Assembly: GCA_965603825.1 (NCBI GenBank)
Contig: CBFDEM010000054.1
Coordinates: 558,001 to 622,000, forward strand
DNA: 64,000 bases
From: Blepharisma stoltei ATCC 30299
Lineage: Eukaryota; Protista; Ciliophora
Reading direction: 5' to 3'
In this document: one piece after another, positions 1-11,911 of the stretch
Layout of the letters: each line of letters begins with the position of its first letter
Numbering within the stretch: position 1 is the stretch's first letter
The notes under the pieces: model-generated
What the model saw: only the letters and a program-made list of their open reading frames with translations
The model's database searches: none
What the model was told of the DNA's origin: nothing
Position numbers and translations under genes: made by a program

Positions 1-33
1 CCATTCATAATTCTCAAAGGGACTATTCCATAG
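1..33 (+). CDS. Possible 3' end of a gene entering from the left (…PFIILKGTIP*)
   Basis: Open frame from base 1 to TAG at 31-33, followed by an AT-rich spacer; too short to verify. Confidence 0.25.
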   Translation, partial: PFIILKGTIP

Positions 34-122
34 CTTATTTCTTTTCTAATCATTATTATAACTACTTTACTTAAATAAGGTAAAAAATGTTTGGAATATG
101 CACATGTTCGTCATATACCATT

Positions 123-587
123 TTAAGTTTCAGTTTGGTTTTTCTTTATTAGTTTTTTAATTCGATTTATTGACTTTTTTATTTGGTTAGAAGCACTGTA
201 GACTATTTCAGTTGTTGTTTGATTTGTCAGCTTTTGTGGGCTTATAGAAGCTATATCTGAACCATCAGAAATGCTTTCACTTAGTGGTGGAAGCTGCTTC
301 TTTAAGACTTTTTTCCTCATGCTAATAGGGATTATTACATTATCATAAGTTAGCACCTCTCTTTTGGTGGGCATCGAAGTTCGTCTAAAATCATTTCTTG
401 ACGGTAACCGTATAGGAATACTTTGAGTTGTGCTTTTAATTACATCTGAAATGTCATAAGTTTGCAATTCGGAGCGTCCCCTTATAGGCTCCAAGCTTTG
501 CCTTAATTGTGAGCGATGGAGATTTGGAAGATAAATCTCTTCTGAAGCTCTTAAAGTTGAGTTTTTCTTTGCTCTTCTTTTTAGCAT
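123..587 (-). CDS. Hypothetical basic protein, 154 aa
   Basis: ATG in AT-rich context, TAA stop; no recognisable domain. Confidence 0.6.
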   Translation of the reverse strand: MLKRRAKKNSTLRASEEIYLPNLHRSQLRQSLEPIRGRSELQTYDISDVIKSTTQSIPIRLPSRNDFRRTSMPTKREVLTYDNVIIPISMRKKVLKKQLPPLSESISDGSDIASISPQKLTNQTTTEIVYSASNQIKKSINRIKKLIKKNQTET

Positions 588-1227
588 ATTATATTAATTT
601 TGAGACATTTAATGAGAAAATTAAAATTTAGAATTATTTGGAAATATAGTATAATTTAAGGTTTAAATTTATATAAAATTATTTGAATCTCATTGTGTTT
701 CACTGGAAAATTCCATATTTTTATTAGATATAAGACACAAAGCATTTTATAATCTGTAGAGCCTTTTGCTCACAGCATTTATTTACTAGTAGTTTTTTTG
801 CAAAGCTAGAATAGCATATGTGAAAAAATTGCAAAAAAAAGAGCTGTGTAAAGTAGTGAAATTTAATAGCATAAGATCCAATAATTATCAACTTAATGTT
901 ATTACCCTTCAGCAAAATTCCTTGGCCACTATTTTTAGTACCTTGGATACTATAAATTTAGCATCAAATTTCAAATCTTTACAAATATAATTTCTCAAAA
1001 AAATTATTTATGGTAAAAAATAAGTCATTATTTCCTTTATTTTCCATGAGTTTTTAAGAAGAAATTTTGAATATTTACACAGTAATATCATAATAAGGCA
1101 AAAAATATTGATTAAGCTGATTTAAGCTATTTATATACTTAACAATTTTTTTTCAAAATGGATTAGGAAGGTTGAAAACGGATCAGTTTTGATTAAATAC
1201 TTGAGAAAATACATTAATATAATAAGT

Positions 1228-2052
1228 ATGATTATTCAAATTTTTAGCCTCTGATTAGCTGCTGCACGTGCTGAAACTTCTGACATAAAAAATGATTTTT
1301 CACTAGATCTTTGCTTTTCTTTGGAAAATGACTCGTCAAGCCCTAATTCTAAAGGTAAAAACCCTCAAGTAGCAACATGCATTTTTTTGTATTATTTATT
1401 TGAGTGTAGACCTATGGAAAGCATTGAAAATAATGAAAATTGTAAAATTGCCTTGGATGTTTATGAAGAATATTCTGATCCGTGAACTGATAAAAATGGA
1501 TGGGTAGTAGAATTTGCATCTGAAATGCTAAATCAAAGAAGAAGTGATCCTAATGAATTTGAGCCCAGAGGGCCACCTCCTTCTAATAAAGATAATTCTC
1601 AATCAGATAGCTCTGACAAAGACTATTTAAGTGCAGTTAGTGTTGCAATTTTAATATGCTTTGGGATAGGATTTTTGCTACTCGTTTTTATGTAATTTCA
1701 AAGCAGGATTATTATTGTTTGTGTATATTTGCAAGTCAAAAAGAGACGAAGATTAAGGATGCTAAGAATCAGGGACATAGGGCATAATCACTCTGAAGAA
1801 AATCAACTAAATATAAAAGTCGTCACCAAAGATATGATTGAAAAAATCATGCCTGTAGAAGTTTACAATGGTAAAAGCAAGATAATAGGCGAATCTGTAT
1901 GCACAATCTGTTTGATGGAGATAGTGTGGAGTAATCTAATAAGGATTACACCATGCCTTCACCCTTATCACCAAGATTGCATCGATGAATGGCTTATTTC
2001 TAAAAGAAAGCCAAAATGTCCAAATTGTAATAAAAATCCTTTTGATCAATAA
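1228..2052 (+). CDS. Signal peptide + single TM + RING-H2 E3 ubiquitin ligase (ATL/RNF13-like architecture); intron 1692-1706
   Basis: With TGA=Trp the frame is open from ATG 1228 (MIIQIFSLWLAAARA). Removing the 15-nt intron completes the TM helix and joins CTICL..C.H.YH..C...W......CPNC. Confidence 0.85.
1692..1706 (+). other. 15-nt spliceosomal intron
   Basis: GTAATTTCAAAGCAG; A at position 10; contains in-frame TAA; removal restores the ORF. Confidence 0.9.
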
Positions 2053-2127
2053 ATGATCTTAATAGCAATTTTGGATTTATTTATATTTCTTACTATATCC
2101 AGAAACTCGATATTTAAGAATAGACTT

Positions 2128-2964
2128 TTATAAATTATGATCTAAAAATAGCTTTCTAATAAGCTGGAACCTAATAAAGAAGTTCTCATCGCTCATCCCT
2201 TCAAACTCATTCGGCAGATCTTTCAAAGTCCATGAAAATTCTTTTTGTATCTCGCTTAAGCTCTCCAAAATCGGAAATCTCAGTGTTTTCATTATAGCTT
2301 GGAACCCTTTTTTGTTTAAAATTCCTGAAAGATCTTCGTCAAGAAATCTCCAATAATTAAGTGCGCTCAGTTGCCTTGCGAGTATGTCTTCTCCTAATGA
2401 TCTTTCATAGCTAGCTAATGATTGTAAATTATAAAATTGGAGTAATTGAGCAAAAGTAAAGCCAGTAGGCATTGAACACAGATAATAAGCATGGGGATGA
2501 AGCATTTCATGCAAACTTTTCATATCAATTGGGACGTCAAATGGGTAATCCTCTATAAAAGTTGAATGAAAGTCAAGCATCCTGTCACAGGCAATAGAGT
2601 CTTCTCTTCTGAATAAATTTTTGGTATAATGCCTTAGGAGGCTGGATTGAGTTTTTGGTTGCATTTTGTAATAATCAGGCAAAACTTCTGTGCGGGCTTT
2701 GACGTAGTTTAGCCATAATTCAAGCTCAGCTTTAGCAATTTGTTGTTTTTCAGCAAGAGATCTGGATTGAGAGTAAGCTTTTGTTGTGATCAAAAGTTTT
2801 TCAGCTAATTTTTGGTGCTCTGGGCAGTGAAAGCTGCCTATGCCGTAATATTCTTCCATCTGCTCTGACATAACTCGGTTTTTAGGGATTGGCATCGGTC
2901 TGGTGTATTTGATGAGGCCTAGAGCTACTTTGTCAGCTGCTGGAATAATGTTAGCCATCGACAT
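2128..2964 (-). CDS. Hypothetical protein, 278 aa, with one EF-hand-like loop (FLDEDLSGILNKKGF)
   Basis: Long ORF, ATG to TAA; D-x-D-x-S-G motif near the C-terminus. Confidence 0.75.
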   Translation of the reverse strand: MSMANIIPAADKVALGLIKYTRPMPIPKNRVMSEQMEEYYGIGSFHCPEHQKLAEKLLITTKAYSQSRSLAEKQQIAKAELELWLNYVKARTEVLPDYYKMQPKTQSSLLRHYTKNLFRREDSIACDRMLDFHSTFIEDYPFDVPIDMKSLHEMLHPHAYYLCSMPTGFTFAQLLQFYNLQSLASYERSLGEDILARQLSALNYWRFLDEDLSGILNKKGFQAIMKTLRFPILESLSEIQKEFSWTLKDLPNEFEGMSDENFFIRFQLIRKLFLDHNL

Positions 2965-3188
2965 TTGTAATATTTATATCAATTTTTACATTAATAAAAC
3001 CTTTGATCAATGTATGCGAAAATTTTCAGCAATATTGATAAATATCTCTTATCTATCTATATATGTAAAAGTGTTTAACTGTCCATATATTTAAAAGTGT
3101 TTAAATCTTGTATTAGTAGATATGAGATAATTATAAAAACAGGCATAAAGAGAATCAAAATTTTTTTATTATTTATTGCCAAAAGCAA

Positions 3189-4181
3189 TTACATTTGTAT
3201 AAATAATTCCCTTTTGAGTTCTTCAATTTCTTTTGCTTTTTGTGCGTCTAGTTCTTCGGTTATCATTTTTATTTCTTCTTGCATATTTACTTTCATCTGC
3301 TCTAACACTTGCTTCATAATCCCTCCTTGGTCTTCTAGCTCTTTCATCTGTAATTTGTAATCAACAGTGACTTCTGATATTCTATTAACTTTTTCTGTAA
3401 TATATTTTTCCATAATATTTTCAAGTCTTTTTTCAACTTCACTAGAAGAATTTGAAATATTAAAAAATCCTGAGAAATCGATGGTTTCACTTTCTTCTTC
3501 ATCAGGCTCTGTTTTTATATGCCTATCAATGCTTTCAGCTGTGGAGAGGTTTTCTGTCATAGAAATGCTGAAATCATTTGAATTTTTTCTGAATGATGAA
3601 TTTAGAGTGGTATGCTTGAACTTTCTTGAAGCAAGACGGACCTCTAAGTCGCTATTTTGGGATTTTATGTCAGTAAGAGCTTTACTTGAGGTGCTATGAG
3701 TGAGTTGTTTTTGGTTGCTGAGGATTTTCTTAACTATGCGATTTTCCTTCACAGTTAGTGCTGGAAGTTCATTATCCTCATTTTCTATTTTTTCCTTATT
3801 GCTTTCAGCAGTTTCTATTTTTTTAGGCATTTCTTCTGACTCTGAAGGCTTTATCTCTGGAATTTTTACTTGATCTGGATCAGGTTCATTTTGAAGAGCC
3901 TTGATTACTTGAGGTTTCATTAAAAGGTTACGTATTTTCAATTGATAATCATAAAATCGCGTATCATTATGAAGCTCATAGAATTCAATTGCTTTACTAT
4001 ATATATCAATCAGCTCATGTATGGTAGTGGGATCTCAGGATTTCTCTAATTGGTTTTCTTTGTTTAAAATTTCAAGCGCAAATTTTGATGGTAGAGAATT
4101 TTGAAGAAGTCCTTGAGGAGAAAGAGTGGGGAACACAAACTGATTTTGGAGTTTATTGGAGCCTGGACTAAAAAAATACAT
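3189..4181 (-). CDS. Hypothetical protein with C-terminal coiled coil, about 330 aa
   Basis: Track ORF 3189-3941 extends upstream through a TGA(Trp) at 4035-4037 to ATG at 4181. Confidence 0.7.
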
Positions 4182-4601
4182 TTATTATTTGCAATTTTAG
4201 ACGATGGGAAGAATTTGAAATTCAGAAATGAAAGGGTAATAACGAATGGGAAAATATAGAAAAAATAAAAATTAAGTCGTTGAATAGTAAATAAGGTGTT
4301 CAAGTAATACAAATGCTCAGTGGTTTTAAGAATACTAATTTCATATTTAAGAAAATGTACTCATGTTTTCCAGTATTTTTATAAATTAATTGAATCTTTG
4401 CATATTAAAATCTCATTATTGTAAGCAATCCTATTCAAAACAAGCGATTAATCTTTCTTAATCATAAATTATTTAATTAATAAACTAAAAAATTAAATTC
4501 CTAATAGGAATATATCTATATCACTTAAAATTTGTGATAAACAATAAATAAGCTTTTCAATCATTCTATCACATATACTTTTTCATCCCATTTCAATATA
4601 A

Positions 4602-4928
4602 ATGGTGGATTCTATTGTATCATTTGGCTCAAACTTACCAAACGACTTCGAAGAACCTACCTCAACTAATTACGTCCATATCAGAATACAACAAAGAAAC
4701 AACAGAAAGTGTCTGACTTTAATTGAAGGAATGCCTGCAGATATTGATCTCAAAAAGGTATTGAGATATTTCAAGAAGACCTTTTCTTGCAATGGCACCA
4801 TAGTGAATAACGAAGAAAACGATGAGAAGATTATACAGTTAACAGGAGATAATAGAAGCCAAGTTGCAGAGTTTTTAAAGGAAGAATGCATAGTCCCAGA
4901 AGACTGCATCAAGATCCATGGGCATTAA
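4602..4928 (+). CDS. EIF1: Translation initiation factor eIF1 (SUI1)
   Basis: VHIRIQQRNNRKCLTLIEG, FKKTFSCNGTIV, IQLTGD, IKIHG. Confidence 0.97.
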   Translation: MVDSIVSFGSNLPNDFEEPTSTNYVHIRIQQRNNRKCLTLIEGMPADIDLKKVLRYFKKTFSCNGTIVNNEENDEKIIQLTGDNRSQVAEFLKEECIVPEDCIKIHGH

Positions 4929-5304
4929 AATCCAAAATTATTCTTGCTGATAAATAAGTTAGCTTAAGAGAAATTCCAGAGAAAATTGGTTTTAATTGTT
5001 GATTTTTTGTTAATGGGAAGATTTAACTTTAAACTGCTGAAAGGCAATCTGGCATTTCCAACAGAAATTTCCTTGTAAATAATTATAAATAAATATAAGC
5101 ACATATTAGGTGCAGATTTTAAATATCTGACAACAGCAACTTATATTATTTAATGAGTCAAATTAAATATTAAACTTACTTCTAAAATAGAAACAGTTCT
5201 GACATAGGTCAATAAACAAAATGCTTATATAAATCTTCAGTCAATTAATCATTTAAGTTTTCAACAAATTCTTTTCTTTTCAATAAATAATCGTTTACTT
5301 TTAA

Positions 5305-6336
<1,032 letters not shown>

Positions 6337-6364
6337 AAATTATTAAATTTAGGAATTTTATAAA

Positions 6365-6925
6365 ATGGCTAGATTCGTAAGACTATTTTCTACCATCAAG
6401 TCCAAACCTATAAGCATCTATGAAAGCCCAGACTATGCAAAGCTTGCCTCTATTAAAGGAAATTTCGTAAGAGAAGCAATTTCAGTTCTAGGCCAAAAAT
6501 ATCACCAATTTGTCCCATTTTACTTGGAATCTCGCCTTACAACAATTCAAAAGCGCTTTGTTGTGAAAATGGACTTGCTTCCTGAAGAGAATAAGATCGA
6601 AATCACCTCTCTGCAACTAGGCCAATTAGACGCCTTTAAAGTTCCTATAGAGCAAGTTGTTCCAGTGACTCCTCAAGAATACACTTTTAATCATTCTTTT
6701 GGGAAGGTTTTAAAGCACGCAGAATTTATGGATTTAGAAATGGTTTATCTTATAAGGAAGCAGCAAGAATTTTTGGTGTTTGATAAAGAAGGAACTTGGA
6801 ACCAAGAAGGAGTTAATCATCCAAGCTTATCAATGGAAAAGAATTATAAAGAACACGCATGGATGGACTTCACATGTTCGCCAAGAGCTGATATTAATGG
6901 TGGGAATATCTATAACAATTATTAA
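6365..6925 (+). CDS. Hypothetical protein, probably mitochondrial, 186 aa
   Basis: Clean ORF; N-terminus MARFVRLFSTIKSK resembles a mitochondrial presequence. Confidence 0.75.
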   Translation: MARFVRLFSTIKSKPISIYESPDYAKLASIKGNFVREAISVLGQKYHQFVPFYLESRLTTIQKRFVVKMDLLPEENKIEITSLQLGQLDAFKVPIEQVVPVTPQEYTFNHSFGKVLKHAEFMDLEMVYLIRKQQEFLVFDKEGTWNQEGVNHPSLSMEKNYKEHAWMDFTCSPRADINGGNIYNNY

Positions 6926-6936
6926 TCAGCGTTTGA

Positions 6937-7608
6937 TTAATTAGTGTATTTTTTCCTAGATATTTTTCTCCTTAACTTCGTAATTTCTTGCTCTTCTCTT
7001 AGATAGTTGTATTCTCCTTCCATGTCATCAGGAATTGGAAAGAATTTAAGCAATTTTTTACTCAAAACTGTTACATAAGACTCGAATAGCTGCTCGTTAT
7101 TGAACACTGAATAAGTCTTTATTTTTGAATATGAAATATAAGCAATAGTGACAAAATATAAAAATAGCTCAGTTGATAAAGAAAAAGCTGCATAAACCAT
7201 GCAATGCCCATTGCCACCAGATGGTTCAAATGACAATACACTTATTTCAAATACAATAATTATAAAGAACAATGGAGCCGAATTCATAGCATGGCTCGCT
7301 TCTCGATGCTTTAATAGAGATCCTCACCTATACAAAAAATGCACCCCAGATGCCACTTTCGCAATAAAATATTTTTTAAAAATTTGGCATATTCGATAAT
7401 CAAAGCGAGCTCATAGAATGCAAGCCCAAAGGATTTGAATACTAATAAAAATCATCCCTAAGATTGTTAATATAAGGTTCATTCTTTTTAAGCCTGCTTC
7501 TATTTTTAGTGCATGGTTGTAATATTTATATTCGATTCTTGGTTTTTCAAAAAAACTTGCAGAAAAAATAGACGTATTTTTGAGCCTTGATACTTCTGAA
7601 TCAGCCAT
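6937..7608 (-). CDS. Hypothetical multi-pass membrane protein, 223 aa
   Basis: Track ORFs 7411-7608 and 6937-7287 are in one frame and joined by two TGA(Trp); hydrophobic segments present. Confidence 0.7.
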
Positions 7609-7680
7609 AAATAATTAAATTAGAAACGAAATAATTTCTTTAATAAATACTGAATCAATGAATTATGTTTATATATCAGT

Positions 7681-8451
7681 TTATTTTTTGTACCTAAAGG
7701 TCAGCTCCTTGCTGTCTCTTCTGCCTTGTTCTTTAGATATTAGATTGTTTAATCTTGAACATGCTTCGAGAACATTATAATCTCGGACGGCCTTGCCAGA
7801 GAAAGTGAGTTTAAACTCTGTTTCGTCGTTTCCTGGCAAAGCTGTGCTTTCATTCTCAAAATTAATATCAGTGTGCTTCCGAAAAGAAGCTTGAGAATTG
7901 CCACTGAAATATGGTGTTGTGGGTTCTTCTCTTTGGCTCATTCTAAAATCAAATTTTTCTCTTTCGTGCCTTTTATCTCTTTTTGTCAAAAAATCTTCCC
8001 TAAGAATAGGGATTCTCAACTGTATGTCTTTTAACTCTTTTGCAAAGTTCTTACTTTCTCTAATTGGTTTTGAATTTCTTGTTGAAATTGGTGGGAAAAC
8101 GCAAGCTGAATTGTTTCTTGCCAGCACTCTTTTTTTGTTTGAAAGCTCTGGAACTGAGAGAGGCTTGCTCTGCTTTTCTATCCCAAGGCATCTTTGGGAT
8201 TTAGAAGAGTTGAGACTTTGGGTTCCAGAACAAAGGTGCTTTAAGGGACATATCGGTCTAAGCTTGGGAGAGCTTGTCCCAAACTGCCTCATATTGAGAA
8301 ATGGATCTTGAATTGGTGACTGCCGAGTTGTAGCAAGCACATTGCGAGGAGAGGACAACTGTAGGATAGATGGCTTCCGTGAAAGACTGAACATGTTTTC
8401 TGGATCACAGTGATTTGACTTCGTCCCTGGGACATGTATGACTGGTCTCAT
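7681..8451 (-). CDS. Hypothetical Ser/Pro/basic, likely disordered protein, 256 aa
   Basis: ATG-TAA ORF flanked by AT-rich spacers. Confidence 0.7.
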   Translation of the reverse strand: MRPVIHVPGTKSNHCDPENMFSLSRKPSILQLSSPRNVLATTRQSPIQDPFLNMRQFGTSSPKLRPICPLKHLCSGTQSLNSSKSQRCLGIEKQSKPLSVPELSNKKRVLARNNSACVFPPISTRNSKPIRESKNFAKELKDIQLRIPILREDFLTKRDKRHEREKFDFRMSQREEPTTPYFSGNSQASFRKHTDINFENESTALPGNDETEFKLTFSGKAVRDYNVLEACSRLNNLISKEQGRRDSKELTFRYKK

Positions 8452-8973
8452 ATCTACTAAAATAAAGATTTAAACACTTTAAATATCAGGATAGATAAGA
8501 GATATTTATCGATTTTACTGGAAAAAATTTAAATGTATTGATTAAAGATTTTATTTATTGCAAAATTTAAATAAATATTAGATATATTGATGGCTGAAAT
8601 TATTCTAAGAGGCGAAAATATTTTGAATTTTTTACGCAATAAAATTTAAAATAATTAAAATTTCTTTATTTAAAATTTTAAATATGCTAGCAATGAATAT
8701 TTTCGAATTACTGCCTCAGCAGATTTGGCTTTAGTTTTTTGTTTTATTCAGGATATTGAATTCATAATTATTATTATATATTGCTTAATTTTAAAGCTCA
8801 CACTTGTAATAATCTCCTTTTTCCAAATTTTATTACTATAAAGATTGCATCAATTGCTATTAAAATCATGAAACTTTTTCCAAATATAAACTTTCGGTCA
8901 ATCCCAATTAATATACTACTAATAGCGAGAAAGCCAGTGCAAATTAAGAAGAAATTATTATCAATACCGATGA

Positions 8974-10977
8974 TTATTCAAACGAAACTATTACTTCTTT
9001 AGCCTTCACAAAATCTCCTTCTTTTTTATGGACCTTTTTAATTGTTGCATTTCTTGGCACTTTAATTGAGTGTTCCATTTTCATAGACTCAATAACAATT
9101 AAAACTGAATTTTCCTTGGCCTCTTCTCCTTCTTTTCCTATAATTTTGATAATTTTTCCTGGGATTGGCGCAATTACATGGCTAATGCTTGATTCCTGTG
9201 CTTTTATTTCTCCCATTTCTTCTTGTTTGATTTTAAGGACGAAAACAGATCCTTCGCTATTTATGACCCACAGGTCTTCTTCATTTTGCAAAACTCTCCA
9301 TGTTTCGATTCCTTTTTCTGTTTCTAATTCATATGTGTTATTTCCAATTAGTTTTCCTTTTACATTAAACTGATGTTTCGCCACATTTACATCAAACCCA
9401 CTTTTTGTCGGTTTTATAGCTACTTTGTGCTCTTTATCAGAAATTAAGCTGACATTCCTTGTTTCTTCATAATTCACCCTGAAATCATGCAATTTGTACC
9501 ATGGTGAGCTTTTTCTTTGCAATTTCTCTGCAGTTTCATCAGCAATGGCTTGCTCCTTTATCAAAAGGCAGACAGAAGCCATTGCTAGATCTCTATTTGA
9601 AGCTGAAGGAAAAGAAAGGAGTTCTTTTTGATGTAAAGGAATAAAGTTTGTGTTGAATTTATAATTCCTGAAATTCTTATGTTGGCACAATGTTCTTAAA
9701 AACTCTATATTGGTGGGAAGCCCACAGACGTGGTAATCATTTAAGGAATGGTGCATGATATTTAAAGCTTGGTCTCGGTTTTCTCCCCATACTATAAGTT
9801 TTGCAATTAGAGGGTCATAGTAAACAGAAATATCGTCACCTTGCACGACACCAGTATCAATTCTAACTTGGTCAGAAGGCTTAGGTGTTTGCAGATATAA
9901 TAGTTTTCCTGATGTTGGTAAAAATGAATTAGCAGGGTTTTCAGCATAAATTCTAGCTTCAACTGCATGTCCTCTTCTCTTAATTTCACTTTGTGTTTTC
10001 GGCAGTGGCAACCCTGAAGCAATTTTGAACTGCCACTCTACAAGATCAAGTCCCGTTATCATTTCTGTAACAGGGTGTTCTACTTGTAGCCTCGTGTTCA
10101 TTTCCATGAAATAAAACTTCTGTGTGTCTTCATCAAATATGAACTCTACAGTCCCAGCTCCTTGATACCCTACAGCAAGGGCAGCTTGTGTTGCTTTATC
10201 TCCCATGTCTTTTCGCTTTTCTTCATCTATCATTGATGGTGCTTCTTCAATGACTTTTTGATGTCTTCTTTGAACTGAACAGTCCCTTTCAAATAAATGT
10301 ACAGCATTTCCATGTGTATCTGCAAAAACTTGGAATTCAATATGCCTTGGACTTGTGATGTATTTTTCCATGATGACCCTATCATCTCCAAAAGATTTCA
10401 AGGCTTCTCTCTTGGCACTTTCGAGCTGCTCGTAAAACTCATTGGGATTATTTACAAGTTTCATACCTTTTCCACCTCCGCCCATAACAGCTTTTATTAA
10501 GACAGGGTAGCCTATTTTGTCAGCTTCTTGCTTAAGTTTTTCCACCTCTTGTGAGTCTTCGTGATATCCAGGAACGACAGGAACTCCAGCTTTTATCATA
10601 ATTTTTTTAGACTCACTCTTTGAGCCCATAGCTAAAATTGCACTTGCAGGTGGCCCAATGAAGATTATACCATTTTCATTACACATTCGTGCGAATTCAG
10701 CGTTTTCTGATAGAAAGCCATAGCCTGGATGGATTGCTTGGACACCGTTGGATTTGGCAATATCAATGATTCTAGATTTATTTAGATAACTTTCTGCTGA
10801 TGGAGCTTTTCCAATATAAAATGCATGGTCAGCCATAGAAACGTGAAGGGAATTCCTATCAGCTTCACTATAAACAGCAACAGTCGAGACTCCTAGCCTT
10901 CTGGCAGTTTTCATAACCCTACATGCAATTTCTCCTCTGTTTGCCACAAGGACTTTTGTAATAAAATTAAGTGCCAT
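8974..10977 (-). CDS. MCCC1: Methylcrotonoyl-CoA carboxylase alpha subunit (biotin carboxylase + biotinyl domain)
   Basis: KVLVANRGEIACRV, GGGGKGM, RDCSVQRRHQKVIEEAP, EMNTRLQVEHPVTE, biotin site ESMKME. Confidence 0.9.
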   Translation of the reverse strand: MALNFITKVLVANRGEIACRVMKTARRLGVSTVAVYSEADRNSLHVSMADHAFYIGKAPSAESYLNKSRIIDIAKSNGVQAIHPGYGFLSENAEFARMCNENGIIFIGPPASAILAMGSKSESKKIMIKAGVPVVPGYHEDSQEVEKLKQEADKIGYPVLIKAVMGGGGKGMKLVNNPNEFYEQLESAKREALKSFGDDRVIMEKYITSPRHIEFQVFADTHGNAVHLFERDCSVQRRHQKVIEEAPSMIDEEKRKDMGDKATQAALAVGYQGAGTVEFIFDEDTQKFYFMEMNTRLQVEHPVTEMITGLDLVEWQFKIASGLPLPKTQSEIKRRGHAVEARIYAENPANSFLPTSGKLLYLQTPKPSDQVRIDTGVVQGDDISVYYDPLIAKLIVWGENRDQALNIMHHSLNDYHVCGLPTNIEFLRTLCQHKNFRNYKFNTNFIPLHQKELLSFPSASNRDLAMASVCLLIKEQAIADETAEKLQRKSSPWYKLHDFRVNYEETRNVSLISDKEHKVAIKPTKSGFDVNVAKHQFNVKGKLIGNNTYELETEKGIETWRVLQNEEDLWVINSEGSVFVLKIKQEEMGEIKAQESSISHVIAPIPGKIIKIIGKEGEEAKENSVLIVIESMKMEHSIKVPRNATIKKVHKKEGDFVKAKEVIVSFE

Positions 10978-11220
10978 TTATAATCACATTCAACAATTGT
11001 CTAAATTGATGAAAGTTTGTAATTTTCCACACGTTAAAAAGGCAAAAAATAGAAATTTTTTATTTTAAATCTTTGCTTTCATTCCTTATCAAATCCTTTT
11101 GCATATTAGGATGATAAAATAGATAAATGGGCTAATAATTACTAATAGTAAATAAACTTAATAGCAAAAATAATTATTGGGCCTATTAAATACGCAAAAA
11201 TTCCCATTAATATTATAAAA

Positions 11221-11870
11221 ATGCCCAAGGGTAGCCGCAGAAGAGTGTATATTGGCCGTCTCGACAGGAGAACTCGTGCGAGGGACCTGGAAGATGTTTT
11301 TAACCGTTATGGTCGCATTCGAGACGTGGAGTTAAAACGGGACTACGCTTTCATTGTATGTGCCGACGTTAGGAGTTTTATGAGCCTCGAGATGCGGAAG
11401 ATGCAATCCGTGACATGGATGGGCGCAAACTGGATGGATCTCGCATTATCGTAGAATGGGCTAGTTCAAGTAGAAGTGACCGCGGGTCAATCAGCGACGA
11501 CACTTGCTTCAATTGTGGACAAACCGGACATTGGTAAGAATTACGCAGGGCAAATAATTGCAAGGAAGGAGACTGGAAAGATAAATGCTATAGGTGTGGG
11601 GAAAAAGGTCATATGAAAAGAGACTGTGAAAGTTCTAGATCAAGGTCAAGATCTAAGGACAGGAATGAAAGAAGAAGAAATTCTTCAAGAGACCGCGATT
11701 CTAACAGATATAGAAATGGAACTAAAGACAAGGACAGAAAAAGAGATAGAGACGACTCTGCTGATAGATCAAGGGAAGAAGCAAGAGACAGGTCAAGAGA
11801 AAACTCTGGGTCAGTAGAGAAAAACAGCAAAACTGAAGAATCGCCTGTCAGAGAGGAATATGAATCTTAG
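11221..11870 (+). CDS. SR splicing factor, RRM + two CCHC zinc knuckles + RS tail (RS2Z-like), 205 aa; introns 11356-11372 and 11534-11548
   Basis: Spliced product reads [13 protein letters not shown]|[27 protein letters not shown]|[32 protein letters not shown]; 650-32=618 nt, in frame. Confidence 0.9.
11356..11372 (+). other. Atypical 17-nt GC-rich intron
   Basis: GTATGTGCCGACGTTAG; its removal is the GT..AG excision that restores the RNP1 motif YAFIEF and the downstream frame. Confidence 0.8.
11534..11548 (+). other. 15-nt spliceosomal intron
   Basis: GTAAGAATTACGCAG; A at position 10; in-frame TAA; removal restores CX2CX4HX4C spacing. Confidence 0.93.
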
Positions 11871-11911
11871 TTAAGTCTTATCAGAATATCTAGTGACAAA
11901 TTAAGCTTAAA

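Noticed and set aside
724-915. Small ORFs in AT-rich spacers or antisense to real genes (e.g. 724-915, 3097-3360, 8781-9002, 39097-39666, 47312-47506)
   Set aside because: Mostly TTG/GTG/CTG starts, low-complexity or shadow translations, and no motifs.
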